A stretch of 64,000 nt of DNA, taken from assembly GCA_963674865.2 (NCBI GenBank), contig CAXXYE010000009.1:1120001-1184000 (forward strand), in the 5' to 3' direction. Source of the stretch: Candidatus Hydrogenedentota bacterium (GTDB lineage Bacteria > Hydrogenedentota > Hydrogenedentia > Hydrogenedentales > SLHB01). The position numbers were made by a program, and so were the translations under genes. The notes below the pieces were generated by a model, which had not been told where the DNA came from, searched no databases, and was given only the letters and a program-made list of their open reading frames with translations. Every line of letters starts with the position of its first letter. The stretch's first letter is position 1. Shown here in pieces: positions 39,188 through 48,863 of this stretch.

Positions 39188-41023
39188 TCACAGCGGCTGC
39201 TCGGGGCCCGCCAAGTAGCCTCGCTCGATGAATGTCATCAAGCCTAGCAGGCCTCCCCAATGGTAGTAGGCCGTCGCCGCCCCATGTCCGGTTTGGGCGT
39301 CATAGTTCTCGTGGACATGCCCGTGCCTGTCCCATTCCTCCATGAATAGCCGTAGCGAACGGGCGGCCAAGTCGGCGCGAGCCTCCGGCAGGCTGTAATG
39401 GCGAAGGCCAAGGTAGACGAGGAAGTTCGTCGGCGCCCAGATCGTCCCACGCCAGTACTGGGAATGGTAGGCCGGATCATTGCGTGCGATGGACGGCAGT
39501 ACCCAATCGCCCCAGAACTCCTCTGGATTGTAGAGGTGCTCGTGAACCATGCGCTCCGCCTGGGCCTGCGTCGCGCCTCCCCACAGCATAGGGTAGAAAT
39601 TCGTCGGTGAGATTCTCCGGCTCAGTTCGCCCGTATCCGTCCGCCGGTTGAGGAAGAGGCCGAAGTCCTCGTCCCAAAGCACGCCCAGTGTGTCCGCGAT
39701 CCCGTGTCCCCGCGTGCGGAGCTCGTCCGCTTCGCTGTGCCGCCCCAAGGCGTTCGCGATGTCCGCCAGGCAGGCGCAGTCCATGAGGTATAGCCCACTG
39801 AGTCCGGCATCGGCGAGGCACATGAGGTGCGATTCCGGGTCGTACGGCACGTCGTCGTACATGGGAGAGTCGTCGAGGCCGGATTCATACGCCGCGCCTT
39901 GACGGTTCCCGACGCCCGCGATCTCGAGCTTGTTGTCGGACATGTTCTCATAGGGCGTGCTTCCCCAACAGAGCAGGCCATCGTGGCTCCGTTCCGCCGG
40001 CCACCAGCGATTCCACTCGAGCAGATCATCGAAGACCTCCTCGATGAACCAGCGATCGCCGAAGCGGCGGAACAGCTCCCGGACAACCAAAGAGCCGACG
40101 GGGGGCTGCGACCTATCCCGCGCGCATACGTTGCCGGCCGCGGCGAAGTTGGGCACAAAGCCCGATGCGGTCTTCTCGCGCGTCATCTCGATGGCGTTGG
40201 CGTACGCGAGATCCTTGTTGTCAACAGCGGCCATGTACGCCGCGAAATACGTGTCCCAGCAGAACAAGACGTAGCCGCCCCAGTGTCCCGCGTTCCATAC
40301 GCGACTCACCGGTGTGACGACGCGGGCCTTGGACGGTTCAAAGATCGTGTTCCAGGCCAGGCAGGTTTGCATGGCTTCGTAGACAGGGGCTAGATCACCG
40401 AAGGTTTGCCGCCGCGACGCCTCAAGCTCGGCCCGGCGCGATTTCATCAGGTCCTGGATCTCCAATGGAGGCCGATGCTTGCCCGTCGAGATTCCCACCG
40501 GCCCCGCAAGTGGGATACCGAGGTACGGCGTCTGCGCCGCGATCTGCATCTCGTTTGTCGTCGCATGTGTGCTGAAGACGGGAAACTTCCCTTCCGGCGT
40601 CACGCCCGTCACCCGCTCCCGATCGCGTACCAATTGCCCCGGCCTGTTCCAGAGAATCCCGGTTTCGATGATCAAGGTTGGCGGGCGTTGCTGTTCGTTG
40701 GCGACGGGGGTGAAAAGTAACGCCAGGTCGTCGTCAAGCGCGGCGCTCTCAACGCGAATCGTGATCCCGCGCCAGGCCAACGTGAGTTCCGTGTAGTGCC
40801 CGTCGTATGTCCGTGGCCCGGGCCTCACTTCCTCAGCCGACTCTTCCTGGCGTCCGATCAGCGCCTCCTTGAGGTACTGGCCGGTGGCGTACTCCTTGAG
40901 CCCGGCGCTCAGGCAGAAGCCCGAAGGCAGGTGAACATGTGCCAGCACGCTGCGCGTGTTCCAGGTGTTCCAGCCCCGGCCGAGGCGGGCCTGCAAGTCC
41001 GCGTATTCTCCCACGGCACACAA
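39188..41023 (-). CDS. (alpha/alpha)6 glycoside hydrolase (GH63/MGH1/trehalase-like)
   Basis: FCWDTYF, SQPPV, ESGLDDSPMYD, YWRGTIW, ENYD. Start may be GTG at 41014. Confidence 0.8.
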   Translation of the reverse strand: MCAVGEYADLQARLGRGWNTWNTRSVLAHVHLPSGFCLSAGLKEYATGQYLKEALIGRQEESAEEVRPGPRTYDGHYTELTLAWRGITIRVESAALDDDLALLFTPVANEQQRPPTLIIETGILWNRPGQLVRDRERVTGVTPEGKFPVFSTHATTNEMQIAAQTPYLGIPLAGPVGISTGKHRPPLEIQDLMKSRRAELEASRRQTFGDLAPVYEAMQTCLAWNTIFEPSKARVVTPVSRVWNAGHWGGYVLFCWDTYFAAYMAAVDNKDLAYANAIEMTREKTASGFVPNFAAAGNVCARDRSQPPVGSLVVRELFRRFGDRWFIEEVFDDLLEWNRWWPAERSHDGLLCWGSTPYENMSDNKLEIAGVGNRQGAAYESGLDDSPMYDDVPYDPESHLMCLADAGLSGLYLMDCACLADIANALGRHSEADELRTRGHGIADTLGVLWDEDFGLFLNRRTDTGELSRRISPTNFYPMLWGGATQAQAERMVHEHLYNPEEFWGDWVLPSIARNDPAYHSQYWRGTIWAPTNFLVYLGLRHYSLPEARADLAARSLRLFMEEWDRHGHVHENYDAQTGHGAATAYYHWGGLLGLMTFIERGYLAGPEQPL

Positions 41024-41125
41024 TCCTCCTATAGAATGAACAGACTAATCGACGTTAGGAATGCGGCCCGGAAAGGTCGCCCGTTTGCACCTCAACTCAG
41101 CCCTGGGAGCCGCCACGCGAGTCCT

Positions 41126-41962
41126 TCACGTGCGCCAGGCGCCGCTGTACGCCTCCGTTGCCGGCCCCTCCTGGTAGACGAATCCGTCTTCGGCCCATTC
41201 AATAGCGAGCACGCCGTAAACCAAGTGTACGTTCACGCGCCGCTCCGTGCGGCCGGTGATCATACAGGCCAGGGCCGAGCCGCACGAGCCGCTCCCGCTT
41301 GCCATCGTCACGCCGCTGCCGCGTTCCCAGATTCGCATCACGATGTTGCTGCGGTCGATAACGTTGACGAATTCGACATTGGTGCGTTGGGGAAACTTCG
41401 GGTGATTCTCAATCTTGGGCCCGACTTCCGTGAGAGGTACGGCCGTTGCGTCGGACACGAAGACCACCGCGTGGGGATTACCGATGTTGGCGCAAGTCAC
41501 CTTCACGGTTCGGTCATCCAAGGCCAGAGGTTCCTCGAGAACGCGGCCGGCAGGGCCTTCCATCGGGATTTCATCTCGCTCAAATCGCGGCCGTCCCATG
41601 TTCGACCGCACCGCCACCACTTCGGCGCCGTCGGTGGTAAGGACTACCGCGTTGGGCCCGGCGAGCGTGTCGATCACGAACTCCTTCTTGCTCGTCATCC
41701 CGCGTTCATACACGTATTTCGCGAAGCAGCGAATCCCGTTGCCGCAGGTTTCCGCCTCGCTCCCGTCCGCGTTGAAGATCCGCATCGCGAAGTCGCCTTC
41801 GCGGCCGGGCAGCACGAGGATGATGCCGTCCGAGCCCGCGCCCAGGTGGCGCTCGCTCATCCGGCGTGAGAGTTCCGCGGGATCGTCAATAGGATGCCGG
41901 GCCGCATCGATAAAGAGGTAGTCGTTGCCCAGTCCATGCATCTTCGTGAAGGGGATATCCAT
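41126..41962 (-). CDS. dapF: Diaminopimelate epimerase
   Basis: FTKMHGLGNDY, NADGSEAETCGNG, GNPHAV, TNVEF, WERGSG. Confidence 0.95.
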   Translation of the reverse strand: MDIPFTKMHGLGNDYLFIDAARHPIDDPAELSRRMSERHLGAGSDGIILVLPGREGDFAMRIFNADGSEAETCGNGIRCFAKYVYERGMTSKKEFVIDTLAGPNAVVLTTDGAEVVAVRSNMGRPRFERDEIPMEGPAGRVLEEPLALDDRTVKVTCANIGNPHAVVFVSDATAVPLTEVGPKIENHPKFPQRTNVEFVNVIDRSNIVMRIWERGSGVTMASGSGSCGSALACMITGRTERRVNVHLVYGVLAIEWAEDGFVYQEGPATEAYSGAWRT

Positions 41963-41983
41963 GATTACACCTGACTCGCGATC

Positions 41984-42886
41984 TCAGATTAGGCTCGTTG
42001 AGAAATACCGTTCCGCGCGATCGGGCAGAACCGTTGCCACAATCTTGTCCTCACCAAATTGCTCGGCCATGCGCATGCACGCCCATACATTGGCGCCCGA
42101 TGACACGCCCACGAGCAGGCCCGCATCCCGGGCGAGTGTGCGCGCGCATTCGATGGCGTCTTCATCCGTCACTTCGACCACGTTGTCGACGAGGGCGGTG
42201 TCGAGGATTGCGGGCACGAATCCATCGCCGATTCCTTGGATCTTGTGCAAACCCGGTTCATGGCCGAGCAGGGCGGACACGTTCTTCGGCTCCACGGCGC
42301 ACACATGCGTCTTGGGATCGCGTTCCTTCAGAAAGGCGCCCACGCCCTGGAGTGTCCCGCCCGATCCGAGGCCCGACACAAATACGTCCACGTGGTGGTC
42401 CAGTTGGTTCCAAAGTTCCGGCCCGGTGTTGAGATAGTGGATCTTGGCGTTGTCCGGATTCTCAAACTGCTGCGGCACATAGATGTTTGGATCCGCGGCT
42501 TGGCGCTCGCGCACGGCGCGAACGCACCCGTCGAGGCTTTCTTTGGCCGGCGTCAACAGCAATTCCGCGCCCAAGGCGCATATGATCTTCTTGCGCTCCT
42601 CGCTCATGTTCTCGGGCATCACAATGACGACGTGGTAGCCCAGGCGGCGGCCGACGAGGGCGATGCCGATGCCGGTGTTGCCCGACGTGGGCTCCATAAT
42701 CGTCATGCCGGGGCGGAGGTCGCCCCGCCGAATTGCCTCTTCGAGCATGAAGCGCGCCACGCGGTCCTTGATGCTGCCGCCTGGATTAAGGTACTCGGCT
42801 TTCGCAAATATGCTGCTGTCTGTCATATCCTTGAGACAGACGATGGGTGTGTTGCCGATCTGATCCAGAACGCTCTTTGAATACAC
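41984..42886 (-). CDS. cysK: Cysteine synthase A
   Basis: IGNTP, NPGGSIKDR, EPTSGNTGI, QQFENPDN, HKIQGIG, GVSSGA. GTG after GAGGAG. Confidence 0.92.
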   Translation of the reverse strand: MYSKSVLDQIGNTPIVCLKDMTDSSIFAKAEYLNPGGSIKDRVARFMLEEAIRRGDLRPGMTIMEPTSGNTGIGIALVGRRLGYHVVIVMPENMSEERKKIICALGAELLLTPAKESLDGCVRAVRERQAADPNIYVPQQFENPDNAKIHYLNTGPELWNQLDHHVDVFVSGLGSGGTLQGVGAFLKERDPKTHVCAVEPKNVSALLGHEPGLHKIQGIGDGFVPAILDTALVDNVVEVTDEDAIECARTLARDAGLLVGVSSGANVWACMRMAEQFGEDKIVATVLPDRAERYFSTSLI

Positions 42887-43071
42887 GTTTACTACTCCTC
42901 GTGGGCCGAAGCCGCCCGCAAAATAATGGCCGCCTCCGTCCAAAGTCAAGCCAGATACCGGGCTCCCAGACGACCTCTAAACGTTTCGCATCAAGTCCGA
43001 AACGGGGCCATTGGGCCTGCCCAGATTCCGCACGTGAGCGTGGTCCTGGAGCCCAAGCACGCGCGCCGGAG

Positions 43072-43178
43072 GCAGGCAGGATGCCCACGCTACAATCTCC
43101 GGCGCGCTGGCCATTTGTCAAGGCCCGCTTGCCAAAGTCCCGAGAAGGGCCACATTGTGGTGCGGGCTTCCAGCCTGC
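43072..43178. repeat. Pair of inverted REP-like palindromes
   Basis: The reverse complement of 43072-43095 (TTGTAGCGTGGGCATCCTGCCTGC) matches 43155-43178 (TTGTGGTGCGGGCTTCCAGCCTGC) at 19/24 positions. Each is GT(A/G)G followed by a hairpin. Confidence 0.55.
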
Positions 43179-43328
43179 ATATTGCCGCGATTGGCGCGAA
43201 ACCTGCCCGGCTTACGTGCGGATTTGGGGCCGAGCGAGTTCTTTCCATGTGCGCCGCGATTGTGCTAGGCTCAATTCATCCTGTCGCGGAGAGATAACCT
43301 TAGATCATACAGGGGCATAAGTGTACTC

Positions 43329-44510
43329 GTGAGTGTGAATTGCGAGCAATTTGTCGCGCGTGGCGTGATGGCCGGAAAGCAAACCCCTTCGGACGTGTTC
43401 ATGCGTGGGGGAAAGATAAGCGCCGTGAAGCCTTGCGGGCGTGGCAAGGCCAACGCGGGCAGCAAGTCCTCCGTCATCATCCCGACTTTGTTCGACATCC
43501 AAGTTAATGGTGTGGCGGGTATCGACCTTCAAGGGAGCCGCGTAGCGCCCGATGACGTGGCCAAGATTACCGATACGCTGGCGCGCTGGGGCGTGTCCCA
43601 TTGGGCGCCGACACTCGTCACCGGGCCTGTGGAGCACCTTCTGCATGGATGCCGCGCCATCGCCAAGGCCCTGGAAGACAAGCGCCTTGCCCGGGCCGTG
43701 CCCGGCATTCACATTGAGGGGCCGCACATTTCTCCGAAGGATGGCCCTCGCGGGGCGCATGATAAGCGGGCCGTCCGCCCACCGAGCATCCGCATGTTCG
43801 ACCGCCTGCTGGCTGCCGCCAACGGCAGGATCCTCTACACAACCGTCGCGCCCGAGGTGCGTGGAGCGATCCGCTACATCAAAGAGGTCGTGAAGCGCGG
43901 CGTTGTGGTCTCGCTGGGCCACCACAACGGCGATGCCGATCAGATCAAGCGCGCCGTCGATGCGGGCGCCCGGCTTGCCACCCACCTGGGCAACGGGCTT
44001 GCCCCGATGATGCACCGGCACCTCAATCCGCTCTGGCCGCAACTTGCGGCAGAACGCCTCACGTGCTCTTTGATCCCAGATCTCGAGCACCTGCCGGCGC
44101 CGGTGCTGAAAGTGTTTGTTCGCGCCAAACGTCCAGAGAAGGTGATTCTCACGTCAGATGTCGTTCACATTGCGGGCCTTAAGCCGGGGCGGCATGCGTT
44201 GGGCGGCGTGCCCGTCGAGTTGACGCGGCAAGGCCGCATTCAACTGGGCAGTACGGGGCTTCTTGCCGGGAGTGCCCTTATGCTGCTCCAGGGCGTGGTG
44301 AATGCCGTGCAGGTTGGTGCGATGACGCTTGAAGAGGCCGTCGCCAGCACCACCACTATCCCCGCGAAATTGCTGGGCGTTAAGCACGTCTTTTCCCTCC
44401 CCTCCGTGAACCGCCGCGCCAACTTCGTCGTGTTTGATATCGACAAGCAGCAGCCCCAATGGCGGGCGGTGGTGCGCGCGGTGTTTGTCGACGGGGAGCG
44501 GATAATCTAG
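43329..44510 (+). CDS. nagA: N-acetylglucosamine-6-phosphate deacetylase
   Basis: DIQVNG, PTLVT, GIHIEGP, GAH, TVAPE, SLGH, THLGNG, LTSD, LAGS. Confidence 0.85.
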   Translation: MSVNCEQFVARGVMAGKQTPSDVFMRGGKISAVKPCGRGKANAGSKSSVIIPTLFDIQVNGVAGIDLQGSRVAPDDVAKITDTLARWGVSHWAPTLVTGPVEHLLHGCRAIAKALEDKRLARAVPGIHIEGPHISPKDGPRGAHDKRAVRPPSIRMFDRLLAAANGRILYTTVAPEVRGAIRYIKEVVKRGVVVSLGHHNGDADQIKRAVDAGARLATHLGNGLAPMMHRHLNPLWPQLAAERLTCSLIPDLEHLPAPVLKVFVRAKRPEKVILTSDVVHIAGLKPGRHALGGVPVELTRQGRIQLGSTGLLAGSALMLLQGVVNAVQVGAMTLEEAVASTTTIPAKLLGVKHVFSLPSVNRRANFVVFDIDKQQPQWRAVVRAVFVDGERII

Positions 44511-44549
44511 CCGCCTTTTCGGGCGTGAACGAGGGAGTCTTGAACATCC

Positions 44550-45824
44550 ATGAAGCCACGGACATTGCGCGTCACCATGAATGGCACAGGCTTTGCCGGC
44601 GACTATACGGCGCGCGTATACGGCCTGATACCACACAAGAACAACGTCACCATCGAACTCGCCGGGATCACGTCAGGCCGGATCGAGAACGCCGCCCGAT
44701 TTGCCCGGGAGCATGGCATTGCCACGGCCTATCCGAGCCACGCCGATATGGTGAAGGCCGTCCAGCCGGATATCGACAACATCGCCTGTGCGAACTACAC
44801 CCACGGCCCTTACATCACTGAGTCGTCCGAAGCGGGCGTGGGGGTGATCGTTGTTGAGAAGCCTCCCATCATCTGGCCGGGCTACGCCGAGGGCCGAGAG
44901 GCCGATGCCGAGACGAGAAAGCGGGAGACGATGGCGGAGTTGGCGCGGGTGCTCGACGTGGTGCGTGCGCAAGGGGCCAAGCTCCTCTACGCCGAGAATT
45001 TCGTTTATTTTGACGGCGTCATGGGCATGGCGGAACTCATGGCTGAGGCCGTCAAGGTCAGGAAGGGCCGTGTTCTGTACCAGCGCGGCGTTTGCGCCCA
45101 TCAAGGTTCCCACGCCCCGGCCTACGATACGCCGTCGAAGTCCGGCGGCGGCTCGCTCTTCAATAAGGCGTGCCATCCCCTTGGGCCCATCCTCTATCTG
45201 AAGCAACTGGACGGCCTCCTGCGCGATGGCAAGCCCATCCGCCCCGCGCGCGTCTCGGCCGTGGCGCTGCAGATTCTCAAGCATCAGCCGGAGTCCTCGG
45301 ACGAGTTTTTCCGCGTTATGCAGAATGTCGACGATTTCGCCCGCGTCACCATCGTGTTCGAAGATCAAACCGTCGCCGAGGTGCTCGGCTATGATCTGAG
45401 CATCAGCGGCATCCGCAACGAACTGGCCGTCATCAGCGATTTCGGCGAATACGAGCTGCGGGTGAATCCTAACAACGAGAACGAACTTTTCATGCCGGCC
45501 GCCGCCCCGGCAGGCAATCTTCTCCTCCGCGAGAAGCTCCCGACGCCGCAAGGGACGTCTTTCCCCCGCCCCAAGCAGTCCTATGCCCACGGCTACGTCA
45601 ACGAGATGGAGGACGCTGTGGACTGCGCCCTCGACCCCGAACGCTACCCACAGTCAGGGGCGATGATGGCATGGGATACGATGGCGGTGTTGATGGCGGG
45701 CTACGAATCCAGCGAGAAGAGTGGGGTGTTTGTCGACGTCTCGGAACTGGTTCAGGCTCGTGAGTTCACGGCAAACGAGATGCCCGACCTCAAGCATCTC
45801 CCCGCTGTCTTTCAGAGGCTATAG
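44550..45824 (+). CDS. Gfo/Idh/MocA-family oxidoreductase
   Basis: GTGFAG, VEKP, YAEN, SGGGSL...CHP. Confidence 0.85.
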   Translation: MKPRTLRVTMNGTGFAGDYTARVYGLIPHKNNVTIELAGITSGRIENAARFAREHGIATAYPSHADMVKAVQPDIDNIACANYTHGPYITESSEAGVGVIVVEKPPIIWPGYAEGREADAETRKRETMAELARVLDVVRAQGAKLLYAENFVYFDGVMGMAELMAEAVKVRKGRVLYQRGVCAHQGSHAPAYDTPSKSGGGSLFNKACHPLGPILYLKQLDGLLRDGKPIRPARVSAVALQILKHQPESSDEFFRVMQNVDDFARVTIVFEDQTVAEVLGYDLSISGIRNELAVISDFGEYELRVNPNNENELFMPAAAPAGNLLLREKLPTPQGTSFPRPKQSYAHGYVNEMEDAVDCALDPERYPQSGAMMAWDTMAVLMAGYESSEKSGVFVDVSELVQAREFTANEMPDLKHLPAVFQRL

Positions 45825-45876
45825 CGCTTCTCGAGATGCCTGAACCGCCTCCAAGGGCGCTGCCTCCTGCCGGAGA

Positions 45877-46632
45877 TCACGAGGTCATGCCTTGCAGTTC
45901 CTCTTTTAGGCGCTTGGCCACTGGCCTGAGAAGACCCTTTAGCGTCAGGACCTCCCCTACCATGCTGCGCACGAAGACGGAGCCGATGTCGCCCGATGTG
46001 AAATGATCGCCTTCCGTTAACTGGACGGAAAAGGGCGCCACCTGTAGATTCAGCCACGACTTGGCCAGGGGATTCTTGCTGAGGGCGATGCGCGCCCCCG
46101 AACAGCGGAACTCCTCGACGATGAACCGGCGTTCACGGCCCCAAGGAATCCGCCACTTGGCCGGCGCCTCGTTCTCCTTCCGATTCGACGCCCGCTCGGC
46201 GAGGCATCCAAGATTGGTGCCGGTTCCCGGCTTGTAGCGAAGATAGACGTCGCCGTTTTCCACAAGAATCCGCTGGATCACGGGCGTCGCGGAGAAGAGT
46301 GTCGCCGGGTCTACCTCGACATAGACTTGTTCGAGAAGCATCGCCGGGCCCTCCTCAAAGTCCGGTGGGTTGGCCACCTTCAGTCCATTGAGCACCAGCG
46401 CGTGCTTGAGCGGCTGCACCGAGAGCGATTCGATTTGCGTATCTACCGTCAAGGCAAGGCTCAAACTCCGCTGCAGACGGCCTTTCGCCAAGCTCGAAAC
46501 CTGCGGCCAGAGCATTACGATGCTCAGGCTGATACACAGGAGAACGAATCCCGGTAAGATGGCTACCAGTCTCAACGCCTTTCTCAAAGAGCTACTCCCG
46601 CTCGTGCGTAGTCTCTGCCGTTTCCGTGCCAT
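45877..46632 (-). CDS. AsmA-like membrane-anchored protein
   Basis: N-terminal TM, LNGLKVANPPDF, GTNL. Confidence 0.6.
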   Translation of the reverse strand: MARKRQRLRTSGSSSLRKALRLVAILPGFVLLCISLSIVMLWPQVSSLAKGRLQRSLSLALTVDTQIESLSVQPLKHALVLNGLKVANPPDFEEGPAMLLEQVYVEVDPATLFSATPVIQRILVENGDVYLRYKPGTGTNLGCLAERASNRKENEAPAKWRIPWGRERRFIVEEFRCSGARIALSKNPLAKSWLNLQVAPFSVQLTEGDHFTSGDIGSVFVRSMVGEVLTLKGLLRPVAKRLKEELQGMTS

Positions 46633-46787
46633 GCTAGACGATTGCCGGGATCCACGCAACGGGCAAAGACCTGAGCCGGTGTTCTGGAATCGAGACAAGC
46701 GCCGAGAGCCGAAACTCTTTCATGCGTAAGGCATTGTATAGAAGCGATTTAGTGGGGCGTTTGCGCCTTGTCCGAGCCCCCTCAATC

Positions 46788-46816
46788 TTGACAGTGACGC
46801 GGCCCGGTGGTATATT
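46788..46816 (+). promoter_or_regulatory. sigma70 promoter of the dockerin/cohesin locus
   Basis: TTGACA (46788-46793), 17-bp spacer, extended TGn-TATATT (46811-46816). Confidence 0.75.
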
Positions 46817-46834
46817 CTCTGACAAGGAAGAATA

Positions 46835-47332
46835 TTGTTGTTCCAGAAACCAGTAATAGCGGGCTGCATAGTTGCCCTCGGCCTTGCCAGTGTCTTGGCC
46901 CCCGGTGGACATCTCTCGATTATCGGGGACACCAACGGCGACCACGCGATAGATATCCTTGATATCCAGGCTGTGGTGGCGCAGGTTATGGGGGACGCTC
47001 CGAGCGCGGCCGGGGATGTTAATGCCGATGGGCGCGTGGACATTCTCGACCTCCAGCGTGTCGTCGCCCAAGCCACGCAAGCCGACAAGCCGGCGAAGTC
47101 CCCCGACGGCACGCCCAGGCCCGAAGCGACGCTCCCTTCGAGCGCACCGGTTTTTCTCTGTCTGACGCCGCATGGCCAAGTGGTTTTCGGCCTTGTATCG
47201 GATGGCTCGGATGTGTCCCATCAGTGGGAGGAAGCCAGTGTTTCCTCTCGCCTTAGCACACAGATCGAGCGCTATCTCTTCACACTGACTCCTCACGCGC
47301 CGCCCTCGCTCGAAGCGGCTTTTCTCGCGTAG
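46835..47332 (+). CDS. Small exported dockerin-domain protein with a C-terminal HAPP motif
   Basis: Hydrophobic N-terminus; duplicated Ca loop + helix GDTNGDHAIDILDIQAVVAQV / GDVNADGRVDILDLQRVVAQA (46925-47074). Confidence 0.8.
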   Translation: MLFQKPVIAGCIVALGLASVLAPGGHLSIIGDTNGDHAIDILDIQAVVAQVMGDAPSAAGDVNADGRVDILDLQRVVAQATQADKPAKSPDGTPRPEATLPSSAPVFLCLTPHGQVVFGLVSDGSDVSHQWEEASVSSRLSTQIERYLFTLTPHAPPSLEAAFLA

Positions 47333-47471
47333 ACGTCTTGGAAGTACCGCGGCCCGGTATTGCACCGGCGTCGCGCACAGAGACGGGGAGCGAGAAAGTT
47401 CTGTACCAAGTTCCCCTTACGTGATTGTAGGTTTGCGCCCCTTTGACGGGGCGTCATGGGAGTCAGAAGCG

Positions 47472-48776
47472 ATGATCAAGCGAGAACATGGAGGTCGCCG
47501 CGCGCTCGCGCTCGCCGTTGCCTTGCTGTGCCTGGCAGGGCTGGGCACGGCTAGTGGTGAGGGCGGCAGCATGAACGGCATGCTCGGCGACATCAATCTA
47601 GACGGCCATACCAACGTGCTCGACGTCCAGGCCGGAGTTACGCAGGCCCTCGGAGCGGCCTCGCAAACGCCCGAAGGGGATGTCGATGGCTCGGGGGCTG
47701 TCAACATATTCGACGTACAGCACCTTGTGAACAGCACCCTTGGCGTGGGCGGCCTGTCGCAGCGCGTTACGGGCGTTGTCTCCGGCAGCGGCACCGGCAT
47801 ACGAAGCCAGCTTCGTGTCATCGCCGTGTCGAGGGAAGGGCAACTGGAGGAGGCTGAGGTCGACCCGGACACGGGCGCCTTCCAGCTCACGTTGCGCGTC
47901 CAGACGAACTGGGCGTTGGCGCTTTGTACGGGCGAGCAGGGACAACAGCAGCATCAGTGTCTGGGCGCCTTCGAGTTCCCGATAGGCGAATCCGTGTCCT
48001 GCACCTTGCCGCTGCCTTCGCTCAGCCGCGGCATTGACCTCGATATCGGCGCCGTCAGCCAGAATCAGTACCGTCTGCGCTGTGGCATGGGCATTCGGCA
48101 GATGCTCGGGCAACTCGGCGCGCCCATTGATTCCTCCGATGGCAATAGCAACGGTGTTCCCGATTCGGTGGAGCCGCTGATGTGTCGCGTGCGCACTGCC
48201 CAAGGCGTGCCTAACACGGCCGATGTGGACGCGCTGCTCGAGGAGATGGCTGCGTGCATCGCCGCCTGGATCGAAGAGTATCCTAGCCCGGATCTGACGG
48301 ATACGGATGGGAATGGCATCCCCGATTCGCTCGACCCGCTTATGGACTGCCTTGAGGCAGCCATCGGCGATTGGCTCGCGGAGCAGGGCATTGCCGTTCC
48401 CGACACCGACGATGACGGCAACGGCATTCCCGATTTCGTCGAGGCCATCATCGCGCACGTCGAGCAGGGCATTCCGGCCTGGCTCCTTACGCTCGGCCGC
48501 CCGGACCTCGTGGATGAGAATCAGGACGGGGTCCCGGATTACATCGAACATCACCTGAGCATCGCCGGCATGCCAAGCTATGTCGATAAGGACGGCAACG
48601 GTATCCCCGACTTCGCCGAGGACTTCGACGGCGACGGGATCCCGAACATTGCCGATGAGGACTGGGCCGTGTGTCCGGGCGATTGCGACGGCGACTGCAT
48701 TCTGGATGACGAAGACGTCGACGACGACAACGACGGCGTGCCTGACTATGCTGATGACGCGCCGAGCGGCTCGTAG
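47472..48776 (+). CDS. Exported dockerin protein with acidic TSP3-like Ca-binding repeats
   Basis: Signal peptide; GDINLDGHTNVLDVQ / GDVDGSGAVNIFDVQ (47586-47744); repeated DxDGNGIPD motifs. Confidence 0.8.
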   Translation: MIKREHGGRRALALAVALLCLAGLGTASGEGGSMNGMLGDINLDGHTNVLDVQAGVTQALGAASQTPEGDVDGSGAVNIFDVQHLVNSTLGVGGLSQRVTGVVSGSGTGIRSQLRVIAVSREGQLEEAEVDPDTGAFQLTLRVQTNWALALCTGEQGQQQHQCLGAFEFPIGESVSCTLPLPSLSRGIDLDIGAVSQNQYRLRCGMGIRQMLGQLGAPIDSSDGNSNGVPDSVEPLMCRVRTAQGVPNTADVDALLEEMAACIAAWIEEYPSPDLTDTDGNGIPDSLDPLMDCLEAAIGDWLAEQGIAVPDTDDDGNGIPDFVEAIIAHVEQGIPAWLLTLGRPDLVDENQDGVPDYIEHHLSIAGMPSYVDKDGNGIPDFAEDFDGDGIPNIADEDWAVCPGDCDGDCILDDEDVDDDNDGVPDYADDAPSGS

Positions 48777-48819
48777 CCGGCGGCAGGCGTCTTGGGAAGG
48801 GAAGGAACGATTCGGCGAG

Positions 48820-48842
48820 GGGGCGCCCCTTGCGGGCGCCCC
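48820..48842. repeat. GC-rich intergenic hairpin
   Basis: GGGGCGCCC-CTTGC-GGGCGCCCC. Confidence 0.55.
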
Positions 48843-48863
48843 GCCCCGCCGGAAAGCGACTCG

